Source of the DNA: the human T2T-CHM13v2.0 reference genome, Homo sapiens
Assembly (NCBI RefSeq): GCF_009914755.1
Contig: NC_060925.1
DNA: 64,000 bases
Strand: one strand, 5' to 3'
Shown here: in pieces, positions 20,442-40,660 of the stretch
Position numbering within the stretch: the stretch's first letter is position 1
Layout: the number at the start of each line of letters is the position of its first letter
Notes under the pieces: generated by a model
Databases searched by the model: none
What the model was told of the DNA's origin: nothing
What the model saw: the letters and a program-made list of their open reading frames with translations, nothing else
Program-made: the position numbers and the translations under genes

Positions 20442-20576
20442 ACTACCTCCAAACCATACATAGATAGCATTTGCTACAGAATGATAACAGCTAAAGCTTA
20501 CATCATTGAGCAAAGTCCTGTTTGGAAAACACTTCAGAAGATAAAACTGAATAGTGATTCAGTTAACCCAAATTAG
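20442..20576 (+). CDS. C1orf146: C1orf146 last coding exon
   Basis: tcttcttccag|ACT ACC..., [44 protein letters not shown] then TAG; spliced total 180 aa. Confidence 0.95.
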   Translation, partial: TTSKPYIDSICYRMITAKAYIIEQSPVWKTLQKIKLNSDSVNPN

Positions 20577-20691
20577 AGTACCAACTTAATGTTTTTCTCG
20601 AAGAATGTGAAAATAATTAGACCTGTTAAATTATAATATTCAAATATCTATTTAAAGACATTTATATTAATTTGAAATAATAACATATACA

Positions 20692-20829
20692 ATTAAAAGT
20701 GATTTTATTTTAGGAGTTTCGCTGCAAGATTTAACGCTCTTTAGCAAAGGACTGATACATACATATACCATAAAACTCAGGTGTAGCTTCTTAGTGAGTT
20801 AAATGGACAAATCTTTAGTAGGAAATAAA
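20692..20829 (+). terminator. Candidate C1orf146 polyadenylation signals (ATTAAA 20692-20697, AATAAA 20824-20829)
   Basis: Hexamers downstream of the stop; which one is used cannot be told from sequence. Confidence 0.5.
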
Positions 20830-21400
20830 AATACAGAATTTTCTAATCAGTTTCTTAAAGTCATATATATTTTTTAGTTTTTTTCCATAAAGGTAGCAAG
20901 TATTTCTAAAATTAATCTTTGCAGATGTTTTCCTATTATAACTTCTGCTGGAGAGGTGGTGATGGGACTCTGCTCCCAAAGACTCCACCTGAGCCAGGAA
21001 AAGAGAAGCTAAGAAAAGTCAACTGGCCTCTTTACACTGGTATGATAGCCAACTTGACACTAGGAGTTCCGAAATGTTACATAGCATCTAACTGCAGCAG
21101 AAAGTGTATCAGTATTTTTATAAGCTCACTAAAACTGTAGGAATGAATATAGACAATTCAGCTACATTTTATGAAGTTATAAAATTATTAGTTTGTATTG
21201 GATTTTCAAAAGTAGTATTTAGGACATATGTGGGCATTATTTACCATTAGATAACTTTAAAACCAAAAAAACCTGTTCTATAGTGTATCATTATAGAAAT
21301 TGATAAATGAGAAAAGCTACATTTATTTTTCAAGCAGTAAATTTTTACAGAAAAATTTTTTATAAAGGTATTAAATGAATCATAATGGAAAGTACTATAT

Positions 21401-21416
21401 TTTATTAGTTTTTATT
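21401..21416 (-). terminator. GLMN tandem AATAAA polyadenylation signals
   Basis: tttatt at 21401-21406 and 21411-21416, within 31 nt after the GLMN TGA. Confidence 0.75.
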
Positions 21417-21431
21417 TAGGAAATGGAACTT

Positions 21432-21548
21432 TCACTTTATCCCAATATTTTCTTCAGAGGTAGACTTTGTTTTTATTTCAATGAGTTCTTCCACTCGAGC
21501 TAGAACACTTTCAATCAAATCAAATGTGAAAAGAGCTGAATGCAGGAC
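21432..21548 (-). CDS. GLMN: Glomulin last coding exon (exon 19)
   Basis: ttgcag|GTC CTG..., VLHSALFTFDLIESVLARVEELIEIKTKSTSEENIGIK then TGA; recognised glomulin C-terminus. Confidence 0.96.
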   Translation of the reverse strand, partial: VLHSALFTFDLIESVLARVEELIEIKTKSTSEENIGIK

Positions 21549-21650
21549 CTGCAATGCCAAGAAAAAGTAATGTTATTAATGCTGCCTTTAAAGCAAAACA
21601 AAGCAAAACATAGAAAAGATTTCAGCTGGAGGTAGCTTAGGAATATTTAA

Positions 21651-21950
21651 GACCAGGTACAGTGGTTTGCACCTGTAATTCCTGTGCTTTGGGAGGCTGA
21701 GCTGAGAGGATTACTAGAGGCCAGGAGTTGGAGACCAGCCTGAGCAACATAGTGAGACCCTATCTCTACTAAAAATTAGCCAGGCATGGTGGTGTGCACC
21801 TGCAGTCCTGGCTAATCAGGAATCTGAGGTGGGTGGATCACTTGAGCCCAGGGAGTTGAAGCTGCAGTGAGCCACAATCATGCCACTGCACTCCAGCTTG
21901 GGCAAGATAGCAAGACCCCGTTTCTAAAGAAGAAAAAGGAAAGAAAAGAA
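21651..21950 (+). mobile_element. AluJ filling most of GLMN intron 18
   Basis: Diverged dimer; A-rich tail ends about 13 nt from the exon 18 donor. Confidence 0.88.
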
Positions 21951-21963
21951 AATTTCAGATCAC

Positions 21964-22046
21964 CTTAAGCTGCATTTCAGGAGGCATATTAGGGATCTCT
22001 TCTCCACTTACAGTTATAGAACAAAGATCTTTAGATTTCTGGGCCT
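21964..22046 (-). CDS. GLMN: Glomulin exon 18 (83 nt)
   Basis: ctcttacag|AG GCC..., AQKSKDLCSITVSGEEIPNMPPEMQLK|gtgatc. Confidence 0.95.
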
Positions 22047-22777
22047 CTGTAAGAGAAGAAAAATCATGTGTGACACTTAACTCTCAGATTTCAATAACAA
22101 AGGTATAAGCTACTTTCATTCACTAACTTAAAACATGTCAGTTATTTGTATAAATTATTAAGTCCATTGTTTAACAGCTCAGGGTATACTTAAGCTATAA
22201 GCAAACAATGAAATATCAAAATTCTGCAACATGTAAATTAATGCTTCTTTAGATAAATAGCATTATTTTGGCATGTATAGGATTCATGAAACTGTTTTCT
22301 TCAGTATATAATCAGAATTATAGCCATTATACTAAAAACAAAATTTCCGGTAATGCCTATAAAAGCACCACCACAGATATACGGAAGAGATCACACGATT
22401 ATTATAGAATTATTGACTTAAAAAAATTCTGGATCTAAGATTCTTTTCATAATTTGTATGGATTTACTTGAGAGTGAGATGGAGAGTGGACCCAGCAATA
22501 CCAAAGGAATGGTACCCAAACGGAAATAGCTGTAATACAGATTCTTAATCAGACCTTGAGGCTTTACAATGTAATATTTGGTTTAAGTCTTCATTAACCC
22601 GATTTTAGGTAAATTAGCTTATAGATCTGCTAAGAATTTTAACTATAAATAAAATGGCTTAGCTGTTATGGTCTCTAAAGTACAAGATTTTTAAAAAGTT
22701 CTTAAATTTGAATATGACAGTTCCAAAATTAGACTACTTTTTAGACCTAATTGAAAACAAAATTGCACATTACCAAC

Positions 22778-22889
22778 CTTGGCTATTTTTAATTTCTGCT
22801 TCATAATGTGCTTTTGACATATTAAGTCCTATATGAAGTGGCTTTAAGAAATTATTCTCAATATTTCCAAGTTCTGTCCATAATCCAGT
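22778..22889 (-). CDS. GLMN: Glomulin exon 17 (112 nt)
   Basis: cttaacag|TGLWTELGNIENNFLKPLHIGLNMSKAHYEAEIKNSQ+G|gttggt. Confidence 0.95.
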
Positions 22890-24404
22890 CTGTTAAGAAT
22901 GAAAGAATGAGTTATTTAGTTCAACAATGATTGATTGCCTACTATTAAACGCGATAAAAGCTCAAAAAACAAAAATAAATGAAACATGGCCCTTGCTTTT
23001 CACAATGGACTTCACTATTTAATAATTATTACTATAGCTAGTTATGTGAATACCAATTAAAAGAAAAATGTACTTGGGGCACTACGCTTATCACTGCACC
23101 ATTTGGATAGCTCCAGGTTTTGAGATCTATTAACTTGTTAAGTTTTATTTATGAGAAAATTATTTGAGGATAAATTCACAGACGTCTCTTCCTCTATGAG
23201 CCATCTCCACAATGACTCTACCTTATTTATGCCTTCATCCCAAGTATGGCCTTTCAATTGATATCCACACCACGGATCTAGTTCTAGAGGATGCTTTCCC
23301 TTTCCTACTGATGGAAACTTTTCTAATACCCGGCTAATTTGAACCTCCCTGGTGACCAAAGTAGGTGAAGATTTTATCTGTTGAGGGCAGCTTATTTTGT
23401 CATGTATCTTAGAGTTTATTCCAAGAGCATTTTCTCTTACAGTACTAATGGAGAGGACTCATGAAGTCTTTATTTTAAAAAATAGAGAAAAGAAAATCCA
23501 TTGGTACTTCCAGTTTCCAAGTACTCTTTACAAAGGAAAATGTCTTAGGTCAAAAAGGGAAACGTAGGGACCCAATTTATTCTTAACTAGAATAATGAAC
23601 TACTTGATAACCTATTTTGTAATGAGCTTATTTTGACCCAAGTAGTACATGTTACTTGCAGCATTCCAAATAAAATCTACACATGTCTATGCTGAATAAT
23701 TGATAATATTAATGTCTCACACCTATCCTTTTCATTTCAGTCATCTTGTCTTATTTATCCTATACTAATAGGAAAAGTAGAATACTAGAGAGGATCTAAA
23801 ACCCTCAAAAATATGCATACCTTTTCACTTAGCATCTATCAACTTATCTTGGGGAAATAAAGATGTATGTTATGATTCTACTGCAGATGTTTTTTAAAAA
23901 TGTTTAGTGAAACATTAGAATTAAAATAACTCAACAGGAGATTCATAGTAAATTATGACATATTAACATAATGGAAAAACTATACAGCCATTAAAATACT
24001 GTTTTTCAGTACATATTGGTGAATGGGAAAAAAGGTTATAAAACAGTGTGATTCTTTTAGTATGATCTCATTTTCTTTTTAAAAAAGAAAAAATGTACAG
24101 ACGTATTAACCCAAAACCTAGAAGGGAATACAGTATATCAACAACGGTGTAATTTTGATTACTATTCTTTTTTTTTTTTTTTTGCTTCTTTATGTTGATT
24201 TTTAAATAATGGATGTTTTAGTTGTATAATTTTTAAATTGTTAAGTGGAAAGTTTTCTTAACCTCTAATGGCAAATTTGGGTTATATGCAGCAGGAATTT
24301 CCTTAACCAGTGTAGCCACACAGTATAACAAGCATATTACTCTTATGTGCACTGACTGCTCTCATTTCTCCTATTTTTACCTCTCTCTATCCAGCCTTTT
24401 TCTT

Positions 24405-24860
24405 TTACTGATACATGATATTTTACATATTTATGGGTACATGTATTTGTTACACGTATAAAATGTATAATAATGTCAGAGTATTTGGGGTATCCATCCT
24501 CTTGAGTATTCATCATTTCTATGGGTTGGTAACATTTCCTGTCCTCTCTTCTAGCTACATTGAAATATACAATATATTGTTGCTAATTATAGTCACTGTA
24601 ATGTGCTATCAAGCAATACAGCTTGTCTTTTATCTAACTCTTTTTGTACCCATTCACCAGTTGCTCTACATTTCCTCCTCCCATGCTCACACTCTGGTAT
24701 CAATCAATCATTCTATATTCTGTATCCACGAGATCAAGTTTGTTAGCTCACACATGTGAGAATATGTGATACTGTCTTTCTGGGCCTGGCATATTTCAAT
24801 GTAATGACATGTAGGTCCATCCACGTTGCTGCAAATAACAGGCTTTTATTCCTTTTTACG
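24405..24860 (-). mobile_element. L1MA-type 3' end fragment with TSD
   Basis: Antisense L1MA 3'UTR (tgatacatgatattttacatatttatgggtacatg...); TSD TCCAGCCTTTT at 24390 and 24861. Confidence 0.8.
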
Positions 24861-25699
24861 TCCAGCCTTTTCTTCACCATTTATTCCCTGCCCCCCAACT
24901 TTTTTTTTTTCTTTTTGCTTTGCATTCACCTCTGGGTTTATAGGCAGAACCCACTGCAACTGATGGCTTTCAAGACTGGGTTACTGATGACTCTCTGTTA
25001 CCCACTAAAGCACATTTGAACATAAAGAGTATAGGGAAAACACCTAGCTTTGACAAAAGGAAACCTTTGACAAAAGGAAACATTTTATCATATTTACTTT
25101 TAAAAAATAAATACTAGATATGGCTGAAATCCCCTTTATTCAAGAGGTAGCCATTATCTAAAACTTGAATGTTTTGCATTCCTAATGTATCACTTAAACA
25201 ATATAATTTTTCATGTTTAAAAGCACATAAATGGTATACTGTATATAACCTGCTTCAGCTTCCTTTTTCTTTGTCAATCTTATGTTTTTGAGAGTTATTT
25301 GTGTTGTAGCTCTAATTTTAATTGGTGCATAAGCATTCCATTATATGGAATTTATCCTAAGTTTTTAGTATTTCAAAATAATGCAGCATTTACATTGCTG
25401 TATGTTTTCCCATTCACACGGGGTAAAAGTTTTTCTAGGATACTGTTTTTCAAATTATTTTTGCCATGACTCTCAGTAAAAACTAGGTTTTACATCACAA
25501 CTCACACGTTTATTTATATAGTTGAAATAAAAGTTTTCCCTCAAATCCTTTCCATATAACACATTTAATCTTAATACTTTAATGTAGAAAAATGGAGAAT
25601 AAACAATTCAAAAGTAAACATCAGAAAGATTTTTACATAATCAGTGTGCTTGCCTGTTCATGAGGTAATTTCAGTCTAATTCACTATTGAGCCTAGTTC

Positions 25700-26590
25700 T
25701 TTTCTTTTTATTATTTTTCAAAGTCAGGTTTGTTGAGATATTGTTTACATACAGTAAAATATAACCTTCTAGCTATACAATTCTGAGCTTTGACAAAGAT
25801 ATATAGTGATATAAAGTCATGTAACCACTGCTGCTGTAAAGATATTCCCATGACCCAGAAATTTCTTTGTGCCCCTTTGTAGTCAGTTTCCTCCCACCTC
25901 CAGCAACCAGCAATCTGATTTTTGTTAAGGTAATTTTTGCCTTTTCCAGAATGCCATAAGTGGAATTAAAACTCTTTGTGGCAGAAATTGACAAAATTCT
26001 AAAATTTATACAGAAAAGGTAAAGGATTTAAAAATAGCCAATACAATTTTGAAAAAGAAGAACAAAGTTGGCAGACTCACATTACTTGAGGTCAAGACTT
26101 CCTATAAAGGAATAAAACAGAATAATTTCTTCCTATAAAGGAATCAAGACAGTGTGGTATTGGTAAAAGAATAGATACAGGTAAATGGAATAGAGTCCAA
26201 AAATAGACCCATACTTATAAAATGATTTTTGATAAAGTTGCCAAGATAATTCAGTAAATTAAGGATAACCTTTTCTACAAATAGTGTTGAGGTCAAAATA
26301 AAAGAAAAAAAAATCTCTCAACCCATATCTCATATCATAAAAAGTTTACTTGAAATGGGGTCATTGACCTAAGTGTAAAACCTAAAACTATACAATTTCT
26401 ACAAGAAATTACCTTTGTGATCTGGGTTAACAAAGACTTCTTAGAACCCATAAATAATGAATCATAAAAGAATAAAATTGATAAGTTGGACTCCATAAAT
26501 ATTAAAATTTCTGTTCTTTGAAAAATACTATTAAAACACAAGCCACAGACTGGAATATTTGCAAAAATATAACCAAAGAATTTGTATCCA
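25700..26590. mobile_element. Ancient L1M fragments in opposite orientations (minus ~25700-25975, plus ~25980-26590)
   Basis: Antisense L1 3'UTR motifs followed by sense ORF2 motifs gaacaaagttggcagactcacattac, agacagtgtggtattgg. Confidence 0.7.
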
Positions 26591-26620
26591 TGAAAAACTT
26601 TCCTCTTGTAGAAGTTCTAA

Positions 26621-26975
<355 letters not shown>

Positions 26976-27162
26976 TGATAAAGTTTTATAATCATTCATT
27001 GGTACAAATATACAATTAAGCTTCACTAATTCTCTTCAGCCAAAAATTTTAACCAAATTACTAAATCAGGACTTTAAAAAGCAAATGTATCTCTAACCAA
27101 ACGTTTTCTTTTAATGTTTCAAATTTCTCAAATGGAAATAATCACATATTAATAAAGAGTAC

Positions 27163-27310
27163 TGGCCCAGCGCAGTAGCTCATGCCTGTAATCCCAGATG
27201 GGAGGATCACCTGAGTACAGGAGGTTGTTATTGCAATGTGCCGTGATTGCGCCACTGCACTCCAGCCTGGGCTATAGAGTGAGACCCCAACTCAAAAGGA
27301 AAAAAAAATT
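27163..27310 (+). mobile_element. Alu monomer (FAM/FRAM-like)
   Basis: ggcccagcgcagtagctcatgcctgtaatcccag...gccactgcactccagcctggg. Confidence 0.75.
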
Positions 27311-28034
27311 AATATAAATTTAAATAGTCACATGTGTCTACTGTCTACTGTATTGGACAGTGCAAATCTAGATCTTTGAATGTTAAAACCTTAGCTGTTT
27401 TCAATGGCAATAGCCCATAATCATAAAACTTCAGGTAATAAAAACACATGCCAAAAGTAGCCTAAAGAAATTTTTTACATATTCTGTTCAGCATAATTCC
27501 ACAAATTTTTCAGATGATAAACTGTAATATTTTTAGAAGCATGTAGGAGTGAAGAAGCTGTGAGAATAAGAATATTTTTTCTCTCAAGGTTACCAGATCG
27601 TTTTTAAAGAAATAATAAATACTACAAAGAAAATCACATTTTAAGATTTCTTAAAATCTTTCAGTGTCTAGAAAAAGTAAATTAAGAGTTTTAAAATAGT
27701 TATAATTAAAAATTTGAAATGTTCACAAATACCTGCTTTTAATTTCATACCCAAGGAGGCTTACTGATTTCCAGTTCTAAGGCTTAAAACTATACATTTC
27801 AAAATTCACTGTAGCATATCTCTCTCACAAAAGGAAGACTAGGCAGTTCTACACTACAATGAAATTTATTGCCAGAACAGTCAGGAACCCTGCAAAGAAT
27901 ACAGTCAGTGATGGTAATGAAGAAATAAAAAGCCATGAACAAGACCCAGGTTTCCCCTTTCTTCTAATTCATATAGAAGTCATCCGGCTCTGCAAATATT
28001 TCATGGATATGTTTTATCTTAGAGAAAGAAACAA

Positions 28035-28105
28035 CTTACACAATATGCCCCTGTACCAAACCTGCACCCCTGAATCTTAAATAGAAATGGAAATTGAAAA
28101 AAAAA
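28035..28105 (+). mobile_element. 3'-terminal fragment of an older L1 (L1PB/L1MA-type)
   Basis: acacaatatgcccctgtaccaaacctgcacccctgaatcttaaatagaaatggaaattgaaaaaaaaa resembles old L1 3' termini. Confidence 0.65.
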
Positions 28106-28110
28106 CTTAA

Positions 28111-33809
<5,699 letters not shown>

Positions 33810-34611
33810 AAAACTTAAATGAGCACCCAAAATATGGATTATATAGAATTTTGTGTATGTGTATTTATTATACAAGATACAGTTTTTTCCTAAATGAAAA
33901 GCACACTCACACAGACTAAGCAATTCAATTTTAAAATTCCTGATATTTACCTGTGGCCTTTGCCATCTCATTGTTTCCCTTGTCCCAGCTTTCATTCTAC
34001 ATACTATAATTACAAACTTTTTAGAAAAAAAGATGAGTAAACAGATGGATGGGAAAGGATATGAGTACACAGGACAGAAGGTAAGGGATAACATGATTAT
34101 TGGATATGTATTAGAATAAATTATTGTAATTCGAAACAACTAATAATTATTTAAAGATACTCTATTAAATATCTATTAAATAGATAATATTTGGTATAAA
34201 AACTAAGTTGGTTTTACCAGTAAAGATGGGAGCATGTTTGTACTATAATATTCAAGAAAAGTTATATGAAATTCAAGAGTAAGAGAAGGTGCCTGAAACT
34301 TAACCAAGGAGATACAAGAGGCATGAAATAGTAGGGTGAGGAAGGAGGGCTTACGAAGAGAATAAGTCAGTTGACAGTAACCCAAAATAGCAAGAAAAGA
34401 AATGGATTATTACTCAATTATGAATCACTTTGTTGTCTTTGTATTTGAATGTGATTCTCTTCTTAATCTTCCTGTTCATATTTCTGACTGTGTGTCTGCT
34501 TTTCATCTGACTAATTACCCTCTTAGCACACTTAAGTGCTCAAAAATAGGTACTGGTAGGAGTCCTTTTGAATAAAATGCCCCATATTTCAGCATCACCA
34601 GACCATCATTT

Positions 34612-34935
34612 TGTTTTTTCTTTTTTTTCTTTCTTTTTTTTTTTTTTTTTTTTGAGACAGACTCTTGCTCTGTCACCCAGTGGGGAGTGCAGTGGCATGA
34701 TCTCGGCTCACTGCAAGCTCCGCCTCCCGGTTCACGCCATTCTCCTGCCTCAGCCTCCCGAGTAGCTGGAACTATAGGCACCCGCCACCATGCCTGGCTA
34801 ATTTTGTTTGTATTTTTAGTAGAGACGGGGTTTCACTGTGTTAGCCAGGATGGTCTTGATCTCCTGACTTCATGAACCGCCCGCCTTGGCCTTCCAAAGA
34901 GCTGGGATTACAGGTGTGAGCCACCACGCCCAGCC
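34612..34935 (-). mobile_element. AluY
   Basis: Diagnostics gcaagctccgcc, ttcacgccattctc, gtgttagccaggatggtc. Confidence 0.92.
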
Positions 34936-35234
34936 CATTTTGTTTTTTCTTTAACCAAAATCTTCCAAAAACTCAGGAAGTGTCATTTTTTATTAACCAC
35001 AGTAGACATATTTGCCTCTCAGTTATTGACACGACCTATTGTCATTGCACTCAGGAGAAATGTTTTCAAGATAGACAGGCTTTTAAGCGCCTAAAAGATG
35101 TGAGGCTGCCAGCTTGGACTGGGTTTTTGCTAATTTCCCTGGTATAATTCTTATGGTAACTTATAAAGCAATAATTTAGAATATTTGATCCCTTAGAAAA
35201 ATTATTAAAAACCATTAAATGAGAGATGCCTGTT

Positions 35235-35757
<523 letters not shown>

Positions 35758-36399
35758 TTATCTATGGATAGTATAGCAGACATTGCACAATGCTAAACTG
35801 CTCTCAGGTCTTCCCTCTCTAAGCAGAGACCAATCTGCTGCCTTTGTATTACTCTGTGTTCCATATCTAACACACCTATCAATCCTAATCAACAAGATTC
35901 CTTTTCTTTTTGTCAGGCAAGTCAGATAATCTCTCAAGTAGGTACAGCCTTTCTTGATTACTAAAAAAATAAAAACTCATACCCTACCCTAAGGCCACCT
36001 TCCTGAAGTCTCAGGGCCTCTACTGCTGCTGAATTTTATATTGTAGCTTTTCAATTTTTATCACAAGCTCCTTCAGGAATCAGGATTTAGTTTGTGATTT
36101 AGAAAGTTCTGGCCACTGCCTGGGGTCATAGCTATTTCTACCACTTTCCAGATGTTTGCCCTTGTGCAAGTTAATGAACTTTTTTCACCTACATTATCTA
36201 TGAAAAGTGAAAAATAAAGAGTACTTTTCTTGGTTTTCCATGGTGGCCCATGCCTGGAAGTTACCCCAGCACTTTGGGAGGCCGAGGTGGGAGGATCTCT
36301 TGAGCCCAGGAGGTCGAGGCTGCAGTGAGCCATGATTGTACCACTGTAATCCAGCCTGGGCAAGAGAACGAGACGCTCTCTGAAGAATGAATGATATAC

Positions 36400-36880
36400 A
36401 GCACTTGGGCAGAATAGTGGTTGTCCCTGGCAGGGGTGAGTAGCACAACGAGGTCAGAATTAACTAGGAAGGGGTATGAGGAACCTCTTGTGATGCTGGA
36501 AATGTTCTATATTGATATGGGTTTGAGTAATATAGATCTATGTATTAGTTAAAATTCAGTGAATATACACTTAAAATTTGAACATTTCATTATGTAAATT
36601 TTACTTCAAAGAAAAACTACAGACAAATATTTAATCAATGTAATGAAATACATGCTGAAATATTTCGGAGAAAGTATGCTGACGTCTGCAGTTTACTTTG
36701 AAATACATCAAAAAATAGACTGATGGAGTGATAGACAGAGGGTGGAGTGATAGATACATGATGAAGTTAGTACAGTAGAATCATAGACTCTAGGTGGTGG
36801 GTAAACCAATGATCACTATAAAATTCTTTCAACTTTGCTGTACATTTGAAAAGTTTCACAACAAAATGTTAAAAAAAAAT
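36400..36880 (+). mobile_element. L1MB/MC-type 3' end
   Basis: agaatagtggttg...gtgatgctggaaatgttctatattgat...tttcaactttgctgtacatttgaaaagtttcacaacaaaatgttaaaaaaaaa. Confidence 0.7.
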
Positions 36881-37764
36881 AGCACCTGATACAGAGTAAG
36901 CACTAGTCAATGATGGCAAATAGCTATTTTCAGCTGAAGAGGGATGAACGGGGGGTCAAATCACTGAATCTACTATAGATCTGTCAGGAAGGAAAGAGAC
37001 TGCTACTTTTCTCATAAACCTTCATCCCAAATCACGATTTACCTAATTTAAAAAAAATTTTCTTTGGCATCTTTATATAAAAATGAATTACTAAAAAAAA
37101 ACCAATTAACAACACATGATTCAGGTAGTTCTAGCTAATAGAGGTGACACATATAGGGAAAGCAATGATCAGAACAGGGTAGAAAGAGAAGATAAAAAGC
37201 AAATATAATTTTACTGTATGACAAATCTCCCTCAAATAGTTTTCTATTTATTGAATACTTCTCTATTTATTGAATACTTCTAATGATGTGCTATTTTTAA
37301 AAAATCCAACTTCCTAAACATATCTAAAAGGTGCTGTTAACAAATTCTGTTTTAGTGCTGAAAATGCTTCAATTTGTCATGTCTGATGAGGCAATATTAA
37401 AATATCAGATGATTTTATACAGCTCATGAGCTATAGGTGGAGGAAACTGAACAAGACACCATATGTACGTTGAGCTCCACAAGGTTAGTTGACTTAGGAC
37501 CTGCAACTTATCCACCCAACAGGACTAAGTGCTTTCAGCAAGAAAGCAGACGTACAATAGGAAATGGAAAGGGAAAGGAAAGCTGGATGTGGGGTGGTAA
37601 ATGCTCCTGGGAATTAACTTCAGGTTTCAGAATAATTGTTGGCACTCTTCCCGGCCTTTATATCTGGGTAAGATATTAAATATTGGCTTTAGGTACTGAA
37701 TATCTGAAACATTCCTTATGCCTTTTGAATATACTCACAGTTTCTTTTCAAATACTTCACTTAC

Positions 37765-37828
37765 TTGATTGTCATTTTCATTATCTTTGATAACCAAATA
37801 CCTCAATAAATTTAATGAAGCCATAATC
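37765..37828 (-). CDS. GLMN: Glomulin exon 16 (64 nt)
   Basis: ttaacag|G+IMASLNLLRYLVIKDNENDNQ|gtaagt. Confidence 0.95.
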
Positions 37829-38524
37829 CTGTTAATTAAAAATATATGTTACTTACAGTATGGTTTTATATAGTCAACAGCAATCTCAATAAGCTAAAAC
37901 TTTGGTCATATTTTTATAATTAGGTTTGCCAATAGAAACTATTTCCATTAATATCTTTTTGAGTAGTAATAACTTATCACTGTTTTCCATTTGTTTAAAT
38001 CATACAATTGTGAAAATTATCATCCTTGTTTAAAGAAAGCCTTGTTATCTTTAATATTTGAGAGCATCATCTCTTGCTTTCTGAATTTTAAGATTACTTT
38101 TTAAATGCTTTAAACCATTTCTCAATATCCATTCCAGTATACTGAAACTGAAATTATATGTTCTATATGAAAAAAAAAATGACCTGGAAAACAATAAAAC
38201 AACAAAACCTAAACACATAAATTACATACACAGATTTTTAGTTTTAAGTCACAAGTGCTGTCATTGCAAATTTCTATGGAATGCTGGGTACATAAAAGCT
38301 ATCAAATCATAGTGCTGGTCATTCATCTAGAAAGAGGAGGTTTTAATTTTGTTTCTACACATTATCAAATCACTTAAATATGAAAAATCTTTATGTAACT
38401 TAATGAATTAGCCATAGATCATAAAATCACAGGAAAAGACATTTTATTACTTTAGGTTCCCTAAGCAGATGTTTCACATTTTATTCTGAATTTACTATGT
38501 GAACTTTGGTAATGGTCACCTCAC

Positions 38525-38634
38525 CTATCTGAGTTTTGCAGTAAATCTGTTTCTGCACCCTCTGGGAGAAAAAGTACCAAATCAAGAAGGGAAATCAACT
38601 GTGGTCCTGTAAACCATTTGTTGTTACGTGTTCT
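38525..38634 (-). CDS. GLMN: Glomulin exon 15 (110 nt)
   Basis: ttttcag|RTRNNKWFTGPQLISLLDLVLFLPEGAETDLLQNSD+AG|gtgagg. Confidence 0.95.
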
Positions 38635-38931
38635 CTGAAAAGCAAACGAAAAATTGAGAAAGCTTTATAATTCATGTAATTCATGTGTTTTTCTAATACC
38701 TTGACACTACAAAAATGAAGAATTGCACATTTAAAATACAGTTTTTAACTTTAATTTCCGTACTTTCATTCACTTTCCAGACACCAGGAACGAACCCTGC
38801 CAGTTTGAGAACACTGGTCACTCTGTTTTCCATTTAGAATTACTGAGCACTCAGAAACAGAAGAGACTTAAGTTTCCATTCATTTTTGAGAAGCATATAA
38901 CAAAGCAAAAATAAGCCACAATATCAGCTCA

Positions 38932-39331
<400 letters not shown>

Positions 39332-39455
39332 TTAATAATATTTAAGTAATAGTAATACTAGAGATAGAGCAATAACTCACATTAATGTATTCTACATATG
39401 AATAAATATACCCTACGAAATAAATTGGTAATTGACACTTTGGCTATGTTCTTAC

Positions 39456-39540
39456 CTTTAATGACATGTCAATTTGATTTTTGATATTTTGAATAATAAA
39501 AGCCTCCACACCTGAGTGATTACTTGTATTCAATAAGCAC
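39456..39540 (-). CDS. GLMN: Glomulin exon 14 (85 nt; skipping gives FAP48-type truncation)
   Basis: tgctttcaag|G+CLLNTSNHSGVEAFIIQNIKNQIDMSLK|gtaaga; visible inside ORF 39444..39686. Confidence 0.95.
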
Positions 39541-39711
39541 CTTGAAAGCAAAATTACAATAGATGTGAAATTATCCTGGACAGCATTAGAATTAAATGGT
39601 GATAAAAGTTTTACAAATTCAAAGAGGCCATGTGTTACTTCTAGGAATAAAAACCCCACAGTAATGGTAATTAGCAAGGTCATCAACCAATTACAAAGTC
39701 ACCTGTAATAG

Positions 39712-40132
<421 letters not shown>

Positions 40133-40395
40133 TAACATGGCAAGAAAGGGCACTAACATAATGGTCTAAAAAATCCCCAAATTATTTCCTGTGAAAGTAG
40201 TCCAGTGCTAGAGTAGCTTAATTGCAAAAAAAAAAACAAAACTAGATATGACTAGCTTAAGAAAAAAAGGGGATTTATTGGTAGAGATACACATAGAACA
40301 GAACAGGAAAGCCGGTATAATACCTAAGAATTGAGATTTCATAAACTTGCTCTTACTATCAATAGAAAACAAGAAAAGATAGAATCAAGAGTGTT

Positions 40396-40660
40396 GGCTG
40401 GGCATGATGGCTCATGCGTGTCATCTCAACACTTTGGGAGGCTGAGGTGGGTGAATCGCTTGAGCCCAGGAGTTTGAGACCAGCCTGGGCAACATGGCAA
40501 AACCCCATCTCCACAAAAAAATTAGCTGGGCATGATGGCATGCACCTGTAGTCCCAGCTACCTGGGAGGCTGAAGCGGGAGGATCACCTGAAGCTGGGGG
40601 GCCAAGGGTGAAGGCTGCAGTGAGCCATGATCACACTGCTGCACCCGCCAAAAAAGAACA
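40396..40660 (+). mobile_element. AluJ in GLMN intron 13 (followed by MER58-like fragment ~40695-40840)
   Basis: Dimer with 3' deletion; then aataaagttttactggaacacaccca. Confidence 0.85.

Noticed and set aside
20925-21039. Possible extra plus-strand exon (ctttgcag|...CTG|gtatga) between the genes
   Set aside because: Lies downstream of the C1orf146 stop and poly(A) signals; chance splice motifs cannot be excluded.
23138-23359. 73-aa minus-strand ORF in GLMN intron 16
   Set aside because: Non-ATG start, no recognisable homology, not needed for the GLMN frame.
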